From: a virus
DNA: 64,000 nt
Strand: one strand, 5' to 3'
IMG/VR virus record: IMGVR_UViG_3300018428_005148
Span: 36,651 to 100,650 of that record
The notes below the pieces were generated by a model. The model was not told where the DNA came from. It made no database searches and saw nothing but the letters and a program-made list of their open reading frames with translations. A program made the translations under genes and the position numbers. Shown piece by piece: positions 18,178 through 29,200 of the stretch (its first letter is position 1; the number at the start of each line of letters is the position of its first letter).

Positions 18178-19581
18178 TTAACTGTTTTGTGGATCATAAA
18201 TTTGAAGCCATTTTGTGAATCGTTTTTCCACAAAAGGTCTCACAATTAAACCCACTGTCCAACAGAAACTTTCTCCAATTAATCTTGTTATGATGCCGAG
18301 AGCATCTCTTTTCTTGCTGACTCCCATCGCATAGGCAAGTTCATTGGCACGTGCCTGTGCGAGTGCTCTAATTACCTTGATCACTAGTCTGCCAAATTTG
18401 CTACCCTTTTTATCTGCATTGGTCATGTATTCTACCAATGGCACTGCCCAGAACCAATATCCTATCTTGGTGTTCCGAGAAATATACTTCACGCTGTATT
18501 CTGTATCAACCGCTAGGTCTTTGGCAGAGAAAAGTCCACGTTCCTGTAACCAAGTACAGATCACACGTCCTCCACCGCCTCCGCCACCAGAGCCTGGTGT
18601 TCCTGAGCTAGAACCACCTGCGTTGTCGCCGAAACCGGCCGCTGTCTCTGTGAATTCTACGCCGGAATTGAACAATGCTTTCCACACACCACCTACCTTC
18701 ACGTAGCCTGCTGTCACTCTCTTCCATGTGCCTGATACCTTGTAATACATATCAGTGACGCTTTTCCACGCACCTGAAACTTTATAATTTGCTTGTACAC
18801 CAATATTAAAGACAACTACTGCCTTTCCGTTGCCTCCCGATGAACCTGGATTGCCTCCAACTGCTACACCCGACGAATAGTAGGCATCTCCACTACCCCC
18901 AGGGGTAACTCCAGATCCGTTGTCCTCTGTGCCCGATCCTGTGTAGTTTGAACCTGATCGTCCACCCGTTCCGCCATTGTCACCTGAACCACCGTTACCA
19001 CCTGTACCGCCATCGACTCCTCCGCCTCCGGCACCTCCTCCCGCTCCGTCTCCAGAGTGGTCTGCACCGTTCTCTCCGAGAGTGCCTGGTGAGTTGGCTG
19101 TTGGTGAATTGGTGTTTATACCTGCTGTGCCGTTTGATCCTTTCCCTGCGCCGGCTCCTCCGCCGCCGCCTCCGGCCACTGCTTTGTGTTCTCCGTCGAT
19201 CAAGACTGCCGTTGCGCCACCACCGCCACCTCCTGATCCTGAGTATGGTGTTGGCCCAGCGTTTCCGCCTCGTCCGCCTGAATATCCTGTTATGCTTTTT
19301 CCGTTTCTTCCGCCAGCGGCACCACCACCCGATGAGCCACCTGCTCCGCCTCCACCAACTGCTACCTCTATGGTTTTTCCTGCGTCAGATGATGCGATGT
19401 TGATGTTCGTTTCTGTTACATAGTGTCCCGCGGCACCCGTTCCTCCCGGGCCTCCCGCGTCAGAACCTCCACCACCACCTGCTCCGCCCCATAGGTGTAC
19501 GTTGATAGATGTTGTCCCTGCCGGAACAATGGCTTGCTGAAGTGTGCCTGTGTAGAGAAATGTCTTAACGACTGTGGCCAT
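18178..19581 (-). CDS. Glycine-rich fibre/adhesin-like protein with a distinct C-terminal domain
   Basis: Long polyglycine segments, three YxKVxGxWK-type repeats, then a GGGGGGGRVICT domain. Confidence 0.7.
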   Translation of the reverse strand: MATVVKTFLYTGTLQQAIVPAGTTSINVHLWGGAGGGGGSDAGGPGGTGAAGHYVTETNINIASSDAGKTIEVAVGGGGAGGSSGGGAAGGRNGKSITGYSGGRGGNAGPTPYSGSGGGGGGATAVLIDGEHKAVAGGGGGGAGAGKGSNGTAGINTNSPTANSPGTLGENGADHSGDGAGGGAGGGGVDGGTGGNGGSGDNGGTGGRSGSNYTGSGTEDNGSGVTPGGSGDAYYSSGVAVGGNPGSSGGNGKAVVVFNIGVQANYKVSGAWKSVTDMYYKVSGTWKRVTAGYVKVGGVWKALFNSGVEFTETAAGFGDNAGGSSSGTPGSGGGGGGGRVICTWLQERGLFSAKDLAVDTEYSVKYISRNTKIGYWFWAVPLVEYMTNADKKGSKFGRLVIKVIRALAQARANELAYAMGVSKKRDALGIITRLIGESFCWTVGLIVRPFVEKRFTKWLQIYDPQNS

Positions 19582-19585
19582 GGGA

Positions 19586-20977
19586 TTAAGCCTCCCTTAC
19601 GAACCAGAAGTCTCCGTTGTCACCGTCACCTGATGTTGGTGCGGAAGTCGAAACTGTTTTTGCTGATCCGCCCCACAAGTCACCAAATGTTACCACGGCA
19701 CCTATGGTCGGTACGTTTTGGTTGGTTGTGTCACCTTCGGAAATAGTGCCCACTGCTCCCAAAGTTGCTGTCGTAACTTTGACATTTCCTGAAGCGTTTG
19801 TTTTCAATACTTTTTCTTTTGATGCGTCGCCATCTGCAACGGCGTCCGCTAATCTTATGATCGGAGAGTATGATTGGTTCTCACCAGCACTCCATCTGTT
19901 CTCGCTTACGTCATAGAACAATCTAGCATCATCTGTGTCTGACGTCTCAACTATCATACCGGCATCCACTTCGGAGTTTCCGTTGTTCAGTTTGATGAAT
20001 GCGTCATCGTAAGTGCTGACCACCGAAGAAGCCGTGTTATACTCACCTGTAATGTTGAGGTTACCTGTGATTGTGACATCACCTGTGATGTCAATACCGC
20101 CATCGGCACCTGTCAACTGTAAAGGTGTTTTGGTCACACCTCCATCATTGACTGTAAATTTTAGATCCTTGTCTTGTGACGTCTGAGCAACTGTCACGTC
20201 ATTGCTTGAAACCGATATTGTTAATTCCTGTGCGTCACCAATTCTTATACCTGTATCTGTATCAACAGTAATTTGTCCTGTTGTTGTGTCCGCCGCATCG
20301 GCCCTTAAGAAGTTTCCGCCTGCTATAACTGTCGGTGATGTGTTCGATGTGCTGGAAACATCTATGTTTGCGGCCTGTGTATTTGTTCCTTCGAACACTG
20401 CTCCCAGTGTCGAGTTAAGTGTAAATCCTGCTTTGATTTCTGCGAATCCTGTCTGTGTCGCTGTTGGTGTGAACGTCTCTTTACTCAAGATAGCCACACG
20501 TGTGTTGCCCACGTACATTGATGATACTACCTTGTTGCCACCTGAACTGGCCAGTGTCTCTATCTTCCATCCAGACAGTGTCTGGCCCGAAGTGTAAACT
20601 GGTCCAACCAAAAGCCATTCACTGCCGGTGTAGACATAGACTTGATCGTCGTCTGTGTCTAACCATTGGTCCCCTGCTGACGGAGATGTTGGTTGTGATG
20701 ACTGTGCTTTGGAACCTCCAGTTGGTTTGAAACTGGTTCCGTCATAAACTTTGAGTTGGTTTGTGTTTGTGTCGAACCACAGCTCACCTTCGAGCGGTGC
20801 TGTGGGTGCCGATGTTGAAGCGGCGTTTTCTAATAATTTCACAAGGTTTTCGTTCAGTAACTCACCAAAACCTGAATAACTTTTTCCAAAAAGTGTTAAA
20901 GTTGTTGTATTGTCAATAGTTCCATCCGTGATTGTTGCAACTACTGTACCGTCTGTTTTGTTGATTGTGTACGCCAT
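19586..20977 (-). CDS. Tail fibre-like protein
   Basis: Paralogous MAYTINKTDG...GELWFD N-terminus; C-terminal APTSGDGDNGDFW. Confidence 0.75.
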   Translation of the reverse strand: MAYTINKTDGTVVATITDGTIDNTTTLTLFGKSYSGFGELLNENLVKLLENAASTSAPTAPLEGELWFDTNTNQLKVYDGTSFKPTGGSKAQSSQPTSPSAGDQWLDTDDDQVYVYTGSEWLLVGPVYTSGQTLSGWKIETLASSGGNKVVSSMYVGNTRVAILSKETFTPTATQTGFAEIKAGFTLNSTLGAVFEGTNTQAANIDVSSTSNTSPTVIAGGNFLRADAADTTTGQITVDTDTGIRIGDAQELTISVSSNDVTVAQTSQDKDLKFTVNDGGVTKTPLQLTGADGGIDITGDVTITGNLNITGEYNTASSVVSTYDDAFIKLNNGNSEVDAGMIVETSDTDDARLFYDVSENRWSAGENQSYSPIIRLADAVADGDASKEKVLKTNASGNVKVTTATLGAVGTISEGDTTNQNVPTIGAVVTFGDLWGGSAKTVSTSAPTSGDGDNGDFWFVREA

Positions 20978-20986
20978 TTGCTATAT

Positions 20987-22495
20987 TTAGCACCTTCCCA
21001 CTACAATGTTAATTGTGCCTATTTCGTCAGAATTGTAGTCTTCTAGTGCTTTTCCTATCACCTCTCCCACTTGTGGATCATGCGTTTTCTTAGCAACCCC
21101 GTTGTACGTAGGATGAGAAGAAAGCATGTCACCTTTGTTAATCATGCCGACCACCTTGCACTTGACTTTTCCCATAAGTGCCACAGGCAGTCCATCTGCT
21201 TTGTTGTTCATAAGATATGCAGGGCTTTCACTTATAACTCCTGCTACAGTTTTGTCATTCCCTGTAGTAGATATCGTGATTTCCTTGCTACCCCCAAAAA
21301 CAACGACCGTGCCGGCCTCGTATTCATCGTCTGATTCATATATCTCAGCCAAGTCAGCGTACTGTGCCGATGTTGCTTTGGCGTAAACAGTGTTGTAGCC
21401 TTTGAGAGACGTACCTATGTCATATGATACGTCAGCGTCAGGTTCAATTTCTTGTGTTACGAGTTTATCAGAAAGTGTCAACGTGCCCATTGTGTTTGCC
21501 CCAGAGCTTGTAACGTTTCCCGTCAAGTTGCCTGTGACGTCACCTGTGATGTCTCCTGTGAATGCTGTGGCAGTTACCGTGCCACTTACTTGCAGTTTTG
21601 TAGAAGGAGTAGTTGTGCCTATACCGACCCTAGACTCCGAACCATCAATGGTCATCACTGTGGTTGTTGAGCCACCGTCATTAACTTTGAAAGTGATATC
21701 AGTGTCTTGTGTCACATTTGAAATTATACCACCTGTAGCATCTACAGTTATTGTGATATCGCTATCAGTGCCTACCGTGACTCCGCTGTCATTGATTATA
21801 CCCAAAGTGCCTGAAGTGGTGTCATTGGCGTTGGACCTCAGATAATTTGCCGCGGCTACGCCTCCCAACTGATCAGAATCTGTTGCCGTGCCTTGGAACT
21901 TGAGATCACTTATTGCTGTTGACAGTGTGATTCCTTTTTTTATACTGGCAAAACCAGATATCGAAACCTTTGGTGTGAAAGTGTCTTCTGATATGATTGC
22001 AATCAAGTTTCCATCATTGAAAAGTTTTGTTATATTCTGTGTCGCGTCAGACGAGTCAAGTATGCTGTCAAAGGTGAATCCATTGGTTGTTCCAGTCGAC
22101 GATGGTGGACCAACTAATATAGAACTCGATCCATTGTAAAAATAAAGTTGTCCTGTGTCAGAGTCAATCCATAAATCACCCTGTGTAATCGCCGCCGGCG
22201 CCGTTGACTGGTAAGGCACGTTACCACCAGATGGTACAAACGAAGAGCCTGTGTAGACTTTCAACCGGTTGGCACTGCTGTCATACCACAACTGTCCTTG
22301 CACTGGTTTGGAAGGCGCAGACGTGTTTGAAAAATTTTCAAGTAGATGTAAAAAGTTCTCTGCAATCAGTTCTCCATAACCTGCGTAGCCTTTACCTATG
22401 AAACTTAGGTCAGTTTGTGTGTTTACCACTCCGTCCTGCACAGAGTATTGATTTGGCGATGATGATGTATTTGTTTTGTTTACTGTGTATGCCAT
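20987..22495 (-). CDS. Tail fibre-like protein with C-terminal YADLAE domain
   Basis: Paralogous N-terminus, RVGIGTTTP, AQYADLAE, GVISESPAYLMN, IGKALE. Confidence 0.75.
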   Translation of the reverse strand: MAYTVNKTNTSSSPNQYSVQDGVVNTQTDLSFIGKGYAGYGELIAENFLHLLENFSNTSAPSKPVQGQLWYDSSANRLKVYTGSSFVPSGGNVPYQSTAPAAITQGDLWIDSDTGQLYFYNGSSSILVGPPSSTGTTNGFTFDSILDSSDATQNITKLFNDGNLIAIISEDTFTPKVSISGFASIKKGITLSTAISDLKFQGTATDSDQLGGVAAANYLRSNANDTTSGTLGIINDSGVTVGTDSDITITVDATGGIISNVTQDTDITFKVNDGGSTTTVMTIDGSESRVGIGTTTPSTKLQVSGTVTATAFTGDITGDVTGNLTGNVTSSGANTMGTLTLSDKLVTQEIEPDADVSYDIGTSLKGYNTVYAKATSAQYADLAEIYESDDEYEAGTVVVFGGSKEITISTTGNDKTVAGVISESPAYLMNNKADGLPVALMGKVKCKVVGMINKGDMLSSHPTYNGVAKKTHDPQVGEVIGKALEDYNSDEIGTINIVVGRC

Positions 22496-22498
22496 CTA

Positions 22499-23227
22499 TT
22501 AGTATCCTGTATTGCCACCTGACGTAGTTCCGCTAACAGTGTTAGAAGTTGTCAGAGATGTGCCACTTGTTTCTGTGAACGTTGTCAAGCTCTGGATTCT
22601 CACTGTGTAATCTATCTGTATCAGCCTATTCAAAGATTTCTGTACAGGATGGAATATAACATGTGTTAGCAATTTGTTGGTCGACCCGTTTTCGGTCCCT
22701 TCCCAACTTTTTAATCCCAACTCATCAAACACGTAGTCGCCATTAAAGTTCGTGGTGTTGTCAAATGCTTCTTGGCCTGTTGGCTCTCCGTAATCCAAAG
22801 TACACGTGCAGACAATGTCAGTGTATTTGTTTCCTGCTGTGTGCCTGATCTCCATTTTGTTCCTGGTTGTGTCTTTGTTGGTTGCTGAATTGTCATCTAT
22901 GACTTTGTAGTAAGTTTGATTGTAGAGCGTGGCATTTGAACCTGTTGAATTTGGGGTCAAATATGTAATGATACCTGTTGGATCAACCGAAGTTCCGCCG
23001 TTACCGAATGCCATTTCATGCACAAAGCCAGTGCTTTTGTTGGCCAGCGAATTGGCTAGTGCCTGAGACATGTTTTCGTAGTGTATGGCGTTTCTCTTGT
23101 CCACTAACACCTCACCGGTCTCTGGGTCAAAAATCTTGATGTGTCCGGTCATCATTACTCCTGAATTTTCCTGAGGCTTTTTATTGTTCTCTTCTTTTGA
23201 TTCTGTCTGTTTGTTGTCCTGTGTCAT
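22499..23227 (-). CDS. Virion structural protein (baseplate/fibre attachment)
   Basis: GHIKIFD, MAFGNGG, FDELGL, LTHVIFHPVQKS; directly follows the wedge gene. Confidence 0.65.
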   Translation of the reverse strand: MTQDNKQTESKEENNKKPQENSGVMMTGHIKIFDPETGEVLVDKRNAIHYENMSQALANSLANKSTGFVHEMAFGNGGTSVDPTGIITYLTPNSTGSNATLYNQTYYKVIDDNSATNKDTTRNKMEIRHTAGNKYTDIVCTCTLDYGEPTGQEAFDNTTNFNGDYVFDELGLKSWEGTENGSTNKLLTHVIFHPVQKSLNRLIQIDYTVRIQSLTTFTETSGTSLTTSNTVSGTTSGGNTGY

Positions 23228-23236
23228 CTAGTGTAT

Positions 23237-26200
23237 TTATTCAGGTGCATTTGTGGGCTCATCCGCTATGAATCTAGCCTGTTGAGTGGTAGATTTCTGC
23301 AATCCTTTACCATCAGCAGGATTACCATCCTTGGCCGTGTACCATACCTGTCCTCTCTTGTGTAATATTTTGATCTGTGTGCCAGAAGCAGGAGCACTCG
23401 TCAAAGTCACTGCCTGGGTACTGCCATCCACAGAATAGTTGATTGTAGATCCGTCCTCGCTGGTGAGCAACAATCGTTGGCCACCAATGAATATGTCTAA
23501 CTCGCCAGCAGAAGACGGTGCTTGTGATAGAGCAAACACCACAGTACTTCCATCACCCGTGAAGGTGTTGGTGTACACAGTGTCCGCGTAAGGGATGGTT
23601 TGAGTACCAGATGCGTCTACCACTTCAGCACCTGATCCATGCGCCTTAATTCCTGTTCCCAACGTACCACGTCTAAGTTGACCCAGCACGTTGCCTGTTT
23701 TTGTAAAGTATTCTATTCTTTCCTTGTCTATGAAAATCACTCCTGGAGTGTTATTTCCAATGCTCGGGGTCGCCAAGACCGAACCATCTCTGACGGTTAT
23801 GGTCTGTGAGCCTTCCGTGACCACATTGGCTATTTCAGTCGTTGCATTTTTACTGATACGTTTATAGAAAGTTCTGTTCAGCATGTCTTTGAAAATCCTG
23901 AAACCTGTGGCACCTTTGGCCGACTCCAGGGCGAAATACATAACATCCAACCTGTCACTGGATGTGATAGTTTTACCCACAATAGTAATTTTTGTGTCAT
24001 CAGAAGTGAAGTGAGGCGTCACTGTGTAGTCCACGCCCTGTGTTATCTGTTCCCCGTTCAACCATACCCACATGTACGATGCATTGAGTGGAGCGAACCT
24101 CAGATAGAACTCGCCACTAGGTTGTCCTTCCAGCACTTCTCTTCTCTGTTTCATTCCCAGTGCATTGTTGAAGGTGGTAACAGACAGCACATCATTCGTG
24201 TTCAGAGTGTATCCGTCAGTGGCTATCTGAGAAGGCTTGAGAATTACATCTGTGCCTTGGTTGTAATAATGATTGTCAACCAGCGTTGATATGCATATAA
24301 CATCTGTTGCAGTAGGCACACTGTCTGTGTTGAAGTTTACATTTTGATTGCCTATATCTACCGTGTAATGGGTGTTTAAATTTTTCTCAACACCATTCAC
24401 AAAAACTTGCACCTGCAAAGCCGACGTGATTGTTTTTGCTGGGTCCACCGTTGACTCATCTCCTAGACCGGATGCAACCCCGTATGTGTATGTGCTTCCA
24501 TCTCCAACGTAATACGTGTTGTCAGGCCCTCGAAGTACCTTGCCGTTTACTTCTATCATTGTAAGTCCTGAGAATGGACCAATAGAACCAGGCGGATAGG
24601 TCAAAGTGTATCTTGTGGTGGATCCATCATAGGTTATCCCCTCATTTCTAATGCTGGCATGGCTTCTAGTTGTAGTGGCCGATTTGTTGTAGCCTGCGAC
24701 CTGTATGAAAGAATCCGCGGGGGGTACAGTGGTAAACGTTACTGTCACAGTGTTGGCCGATATGCTGGTAGTAAAGTCTGTTGTTGGAACGCCGTCTATT
24801 GTTATGTATATTTCGGAAGATGTTGAATCTAAATTGAATTCACCCCTAGTGGAGGTCAAGAAAGTGGTGGTACTGCCATCACCTGTGTAGGTATCAAGCA
24901 CTCGATAATTTTCTCCAGATATGGCAAATACCTTAGTAGATATTACAGAAAGGTTAGCCGGAGCAGTGTCAAAAGTGATTGTTTTGGCCCCAACGTCGAT
25001 CGTGTAATCTGAAATTGTAGAATCTAAGGCACTGCCTTTCTGTATCACTCCGTCCACGGCAACTGTAACCGATCCTAGTGTGCCTGGGTAATCTCCTAGT
25101 GCAAATGTTGTTTCTGTTCCATCTCCCCTATAGTTTTTCTCAGTGATGAGTGGCACGCCGGATTCAGGAGAAGTGTACACCTTGATGTCTACTGTATCGA
25201 ACATCTGTCCAGGTACGGCCTCTTCAGGCGCATAACTGGTGTCGGGAGTCACAAAACCATCACCTTCTAAAAGTATGTCACTAGGTGCGTGACCTATCGC
25301 AGAAGTGAATAGACCACCCTTGACTATGGAATCGAGAGTCCTGTCGTCCGTTGGCGTCAGCACACCGTCGTCGTCGAATGGAATAAATTCAACAAGGTGT
25401 CCACTCGCAGGTGCTGTGGAAAGCGTGAATGTAGTCGTTGAACCATCACCCCTGAAACTGTCGGCGGTTTTGGTCCTTACGCCGTCTGTTTTTGTGTAAA
25501 CTTGATATACGTCTGTGCTTGAAGGTGCAGTAGAGAATGTGAATGCCACTGTTGATCCGTCTCCTACAAATGTCACCACACGTGATCCACCGTAGTTGTC
25601 CCATGCAAAATCATACCATCCTGCGTTGTCCCATCCTGCCTCCTGATTGAACAGCAACCCAGTAACCATTGTTCCACCGTAATCAACTCCTGTCATCAAT
25701 TGTGACAGCTCATTGCCTGCCATTCCAGACGAAGGCGTGTAGAAACCTTTAGTTCTATCTGCCGCAGTAAGACCTGTTTCGTCACCATAGTACTTGTAAA
25801 CATTTCCTAAATTGTCATCGAAATCTGTGGTCGACGTGAAGGCGCTGGTAGCCTTGTACAACTCGTTGTTGTACCTGATTAAATCTTGGTATGCGTAACT
25901 TTTATTTTTTTCCCAATCAACGACTGTGGACGTGGCACTAATCCTGTCAAACTTAATTGTCGTGTCAAAGTCTCTGACCAGGTCATTGTTCAAGTTGGCG
26001 TATGCCTTGGCAGTGTCTGTTGGAGTAGAGCCGTCCTTCTTCCCTCCCGTGATCAACACCACAGGCGTTGAAGTGTAGTTGGCTCCTTTAGTGTTAAGCG
26101 TAATCTTGTTGACTGCTCCGTTCTGAATTGTGGCCGTGGCTGTGGCCGCTGTTGTGGACGGAGTCACATACATTTTGAATGTGCCTGATTTGGTAGACTG

Positions 26201-29200
26201 CGCCTCCATCGTCGAAGACGCTGGACCGTAAAAAGTTCCCGCGTAGTTCACAAATGTGTAACTCTTGGTGCTCCCTGCTCCGCTGTTCTGCGTGTCATAT
26301 ATTTCCGCCTGCTTCTGTGAAGTGAACAAAGGATAGTAGTAACCAAAAGACCCGCTGGTGCTACCAGAACTGCTTGTGGCTTGTATCTGGAATGGACCTG
26401 TTGAACCAACCGTGCCTCCTAGCACCGTGACAGTTGGTGCAACTTCGTACCCACTACCACCCGAGGTAAGTGTGATATCGCTCACATACTTCTTGTGATA
26501 GTCATTCCACATCTGCCATGGGTACTCTGTAAGTTTTGCTGTGTCACTGTTCACATTCAACGACCTAATCTTGCCTGTCGCGCTGTCATAGAACGCCGGG
26601 GCATCAAAGTCGGTGAATATGCCGTCTTGTGTCTCCAATGACGTGTAACCCAACTTGTATTCTCTGAGCTTGGTGTGGAATGGTTTAACTTCGTTGATAT
26701 AGCTCTCTATCCAATTGTCGGTGCCCAAGGTATAGGTCTTTCTTTGGTCCAACTCACGCACACTGTTACTTGCATTGATGAAACTGGTTTTAAACATCCA
26801 ATCGACATAGGTCTGCTGTTCTAGAACTTTTCTCAGACCCGTGAAGAAAAGTGTGTTGTATTCAATTGCAAGATCGTTGATGAAAAGGTCATCCCTCAGC
26901 GCAGTCAATATATTCCTTGTCTCTGCAGAAGGCTCCTCGTCAAAACTGTTGTCGTCAAAGTTGTCCGCCCCAGCGAACCCTGTTGCGTCTTGTGAGTAGT
27001 CATATAGTTTAGTGCTGATCCTTATTGTGCCGTTTTCGGTACCAACGTTCTCCCACGACGTTGCAGTCTTCATGAACAACTTCCATCCACCTGTGTCTGC
27101 ATTGGTCACTTTCACATGCTTTCCTATGTCAAGGTCCAGCGTGTCTAGTTCATATTGGTATGTGACCTGTGCGTCTATCACTGTGTTTTCATCATGGACC
27201 ATGTCACCATCGCTCTTGTACCAGTCTATGTAACTCCAGAATCTGTCTGTTTTGAAACTCTGCACCTTGGTCCTGGTGAACTCTGTGCCATCCCATGAGT
27301 AAATAGCCCATAACCCATCACAGGTTTCGTCCGCCTTAACCAAATATTTCACCGTGCCTGATAAGTTCCTAGTGTCAATATATGTGAGGTCGCTGTACGT
27401 GTCAACTGTGGCATCCCATTCTAAACTGTTGGCTGTCGGCTCAGGGTCCAATTTATTGAGATTTGTTTGACTGAACTGTCCCACCATCTGCTGTTTCTTC
27501 AACACGGTGTTTGCATAATCTATTATTTCCTTGAGGGCGGCGTATCTATCTGTGTACCAACTCTGCCTTGGGCGTACCCTGTTACCGTATCTCTCGTTTA
27601 TTGGAAGAGAAATGTCAGGCACAAGATCCCCTGCTGTGTTTTTTCCTATCAAAGAATCCCACCATCTTGTCTCCACATTAGATCCTGGCCTGAATGCCGG
27701 ATCGCCTTCACGCACCAGTTTCCATACTGAATGATTGGTTCCATCAAACTCTATTGATTTGAAGTCAACGTTGAGCACTATGTGATCATTGGTCAAGTTC
27801 GTGATGTTGTATACCAACAATTTGTTTGGATCAGTTATGGCATAGTATTTGATGCCATAACGCTGTGGATTTGCAATCAAATTTGCAACGTAAGACACGC
27901 TGTTCTTCCTTGTCACAACTGAATTGTTTGGAAGATTTACCTTGTTCCTTACCCAGAAGTAATACACATTTACAAACCTGTCTAGGTTAGCGTTGTATCG
28001 TCTTTCTACAGAATACCTGCTGTCATCGGGGGCGTATGGTGTGCCGCTAATTCCTTCTCTGTTTCCTTGATCAGATCCTGACCTGATATCCCATTGGCTC
28101 GGCAACACAGTAGATTCAACCCATTCGTAAATGTCAACACTAGACCCAGGGAATAATTTACCCCAGTTGTTTGACTTGTATTCTTGACTGCCTTGTTCAT
28201 ACCATATCCATTTTACCTTTGAAAGGTCCCACCAAACTTCACCAATGTGCTCCTTGCCCCACGGCGCCTGGTTTGTGTCAACGTTGTTGTACTGTGCAGG
28301 ATCCCACGGTGTCCTTATGTTTATCTCTCTGTCTGCTATGCCCGGAATTCTGCCTTTGACAGGATCATATAGGTCATAGTGACTCCTAATTGATTTACTT
28401 CTGTTATCGAAGTCAAAAACCTGTCCCGCCAAGTTGACATTGATCAAAGGTTCTTCATAGGCAATCTGTTTCCACGCATATTCCTGTGCAGTCGTCAGTT
28501 CAAATGCCGTGACTGTTCCGTCGTTGCTAACCTTGGTGCTACCGTCTGTGGTCAAGTTACCGTCGTCGTCTGGTGCTCCAACAAAAACGGCATCGTCTAT
28601 CACTGTAACTCCTCTTCCAAAGTCATCAAAGGAATCGACATTGGTAGTCACCAGCCTGTCATCGATCACGTATTGTGTGTTGTACAGAGTCGCTGTGTAT
28701 GTTGCACCTGATCCTGTGTTGGAATCAACTATTGTTGTGTCTTGTAGGTCAAATGTGGTTTCACCTGAATCAAATTTCATTTCACGGCTGTTTGCAAAAT
28801 TTTCCGAACCTATTGCAATTCTGTTTCCTGAATTGTTGATGCTCACAGTTGATCCAAATTTCATATTGATCTGTGTGTCTGGTGAACTGATTGTCTGTTG
28901 CAGTGTGTAGGTGTTGGTGCTACCATCTGCATTCCACTTGTAATAATACACAGCACCAAGGTCCGCTGACTCGCTCCCGTCTACACCTGGTGCACCTATT
29001 ATGAGCGTGGTGCCATCTTTGTTCATGTCCACACTTTCACCGAATGCAGTATTCAAAGACGAACCGTCACTGCTGGTGCCGGTCAATGTCTGTACGTGTT
29101 CAAAAGAATTCTGCGTACTTCCGTCGTTGCTTTGTGAAGTTCTCCTGAATATTTCCACCTTGCCCGCGTTGCCGGGTGCCAGTGAACTGATCGCTAGGAT

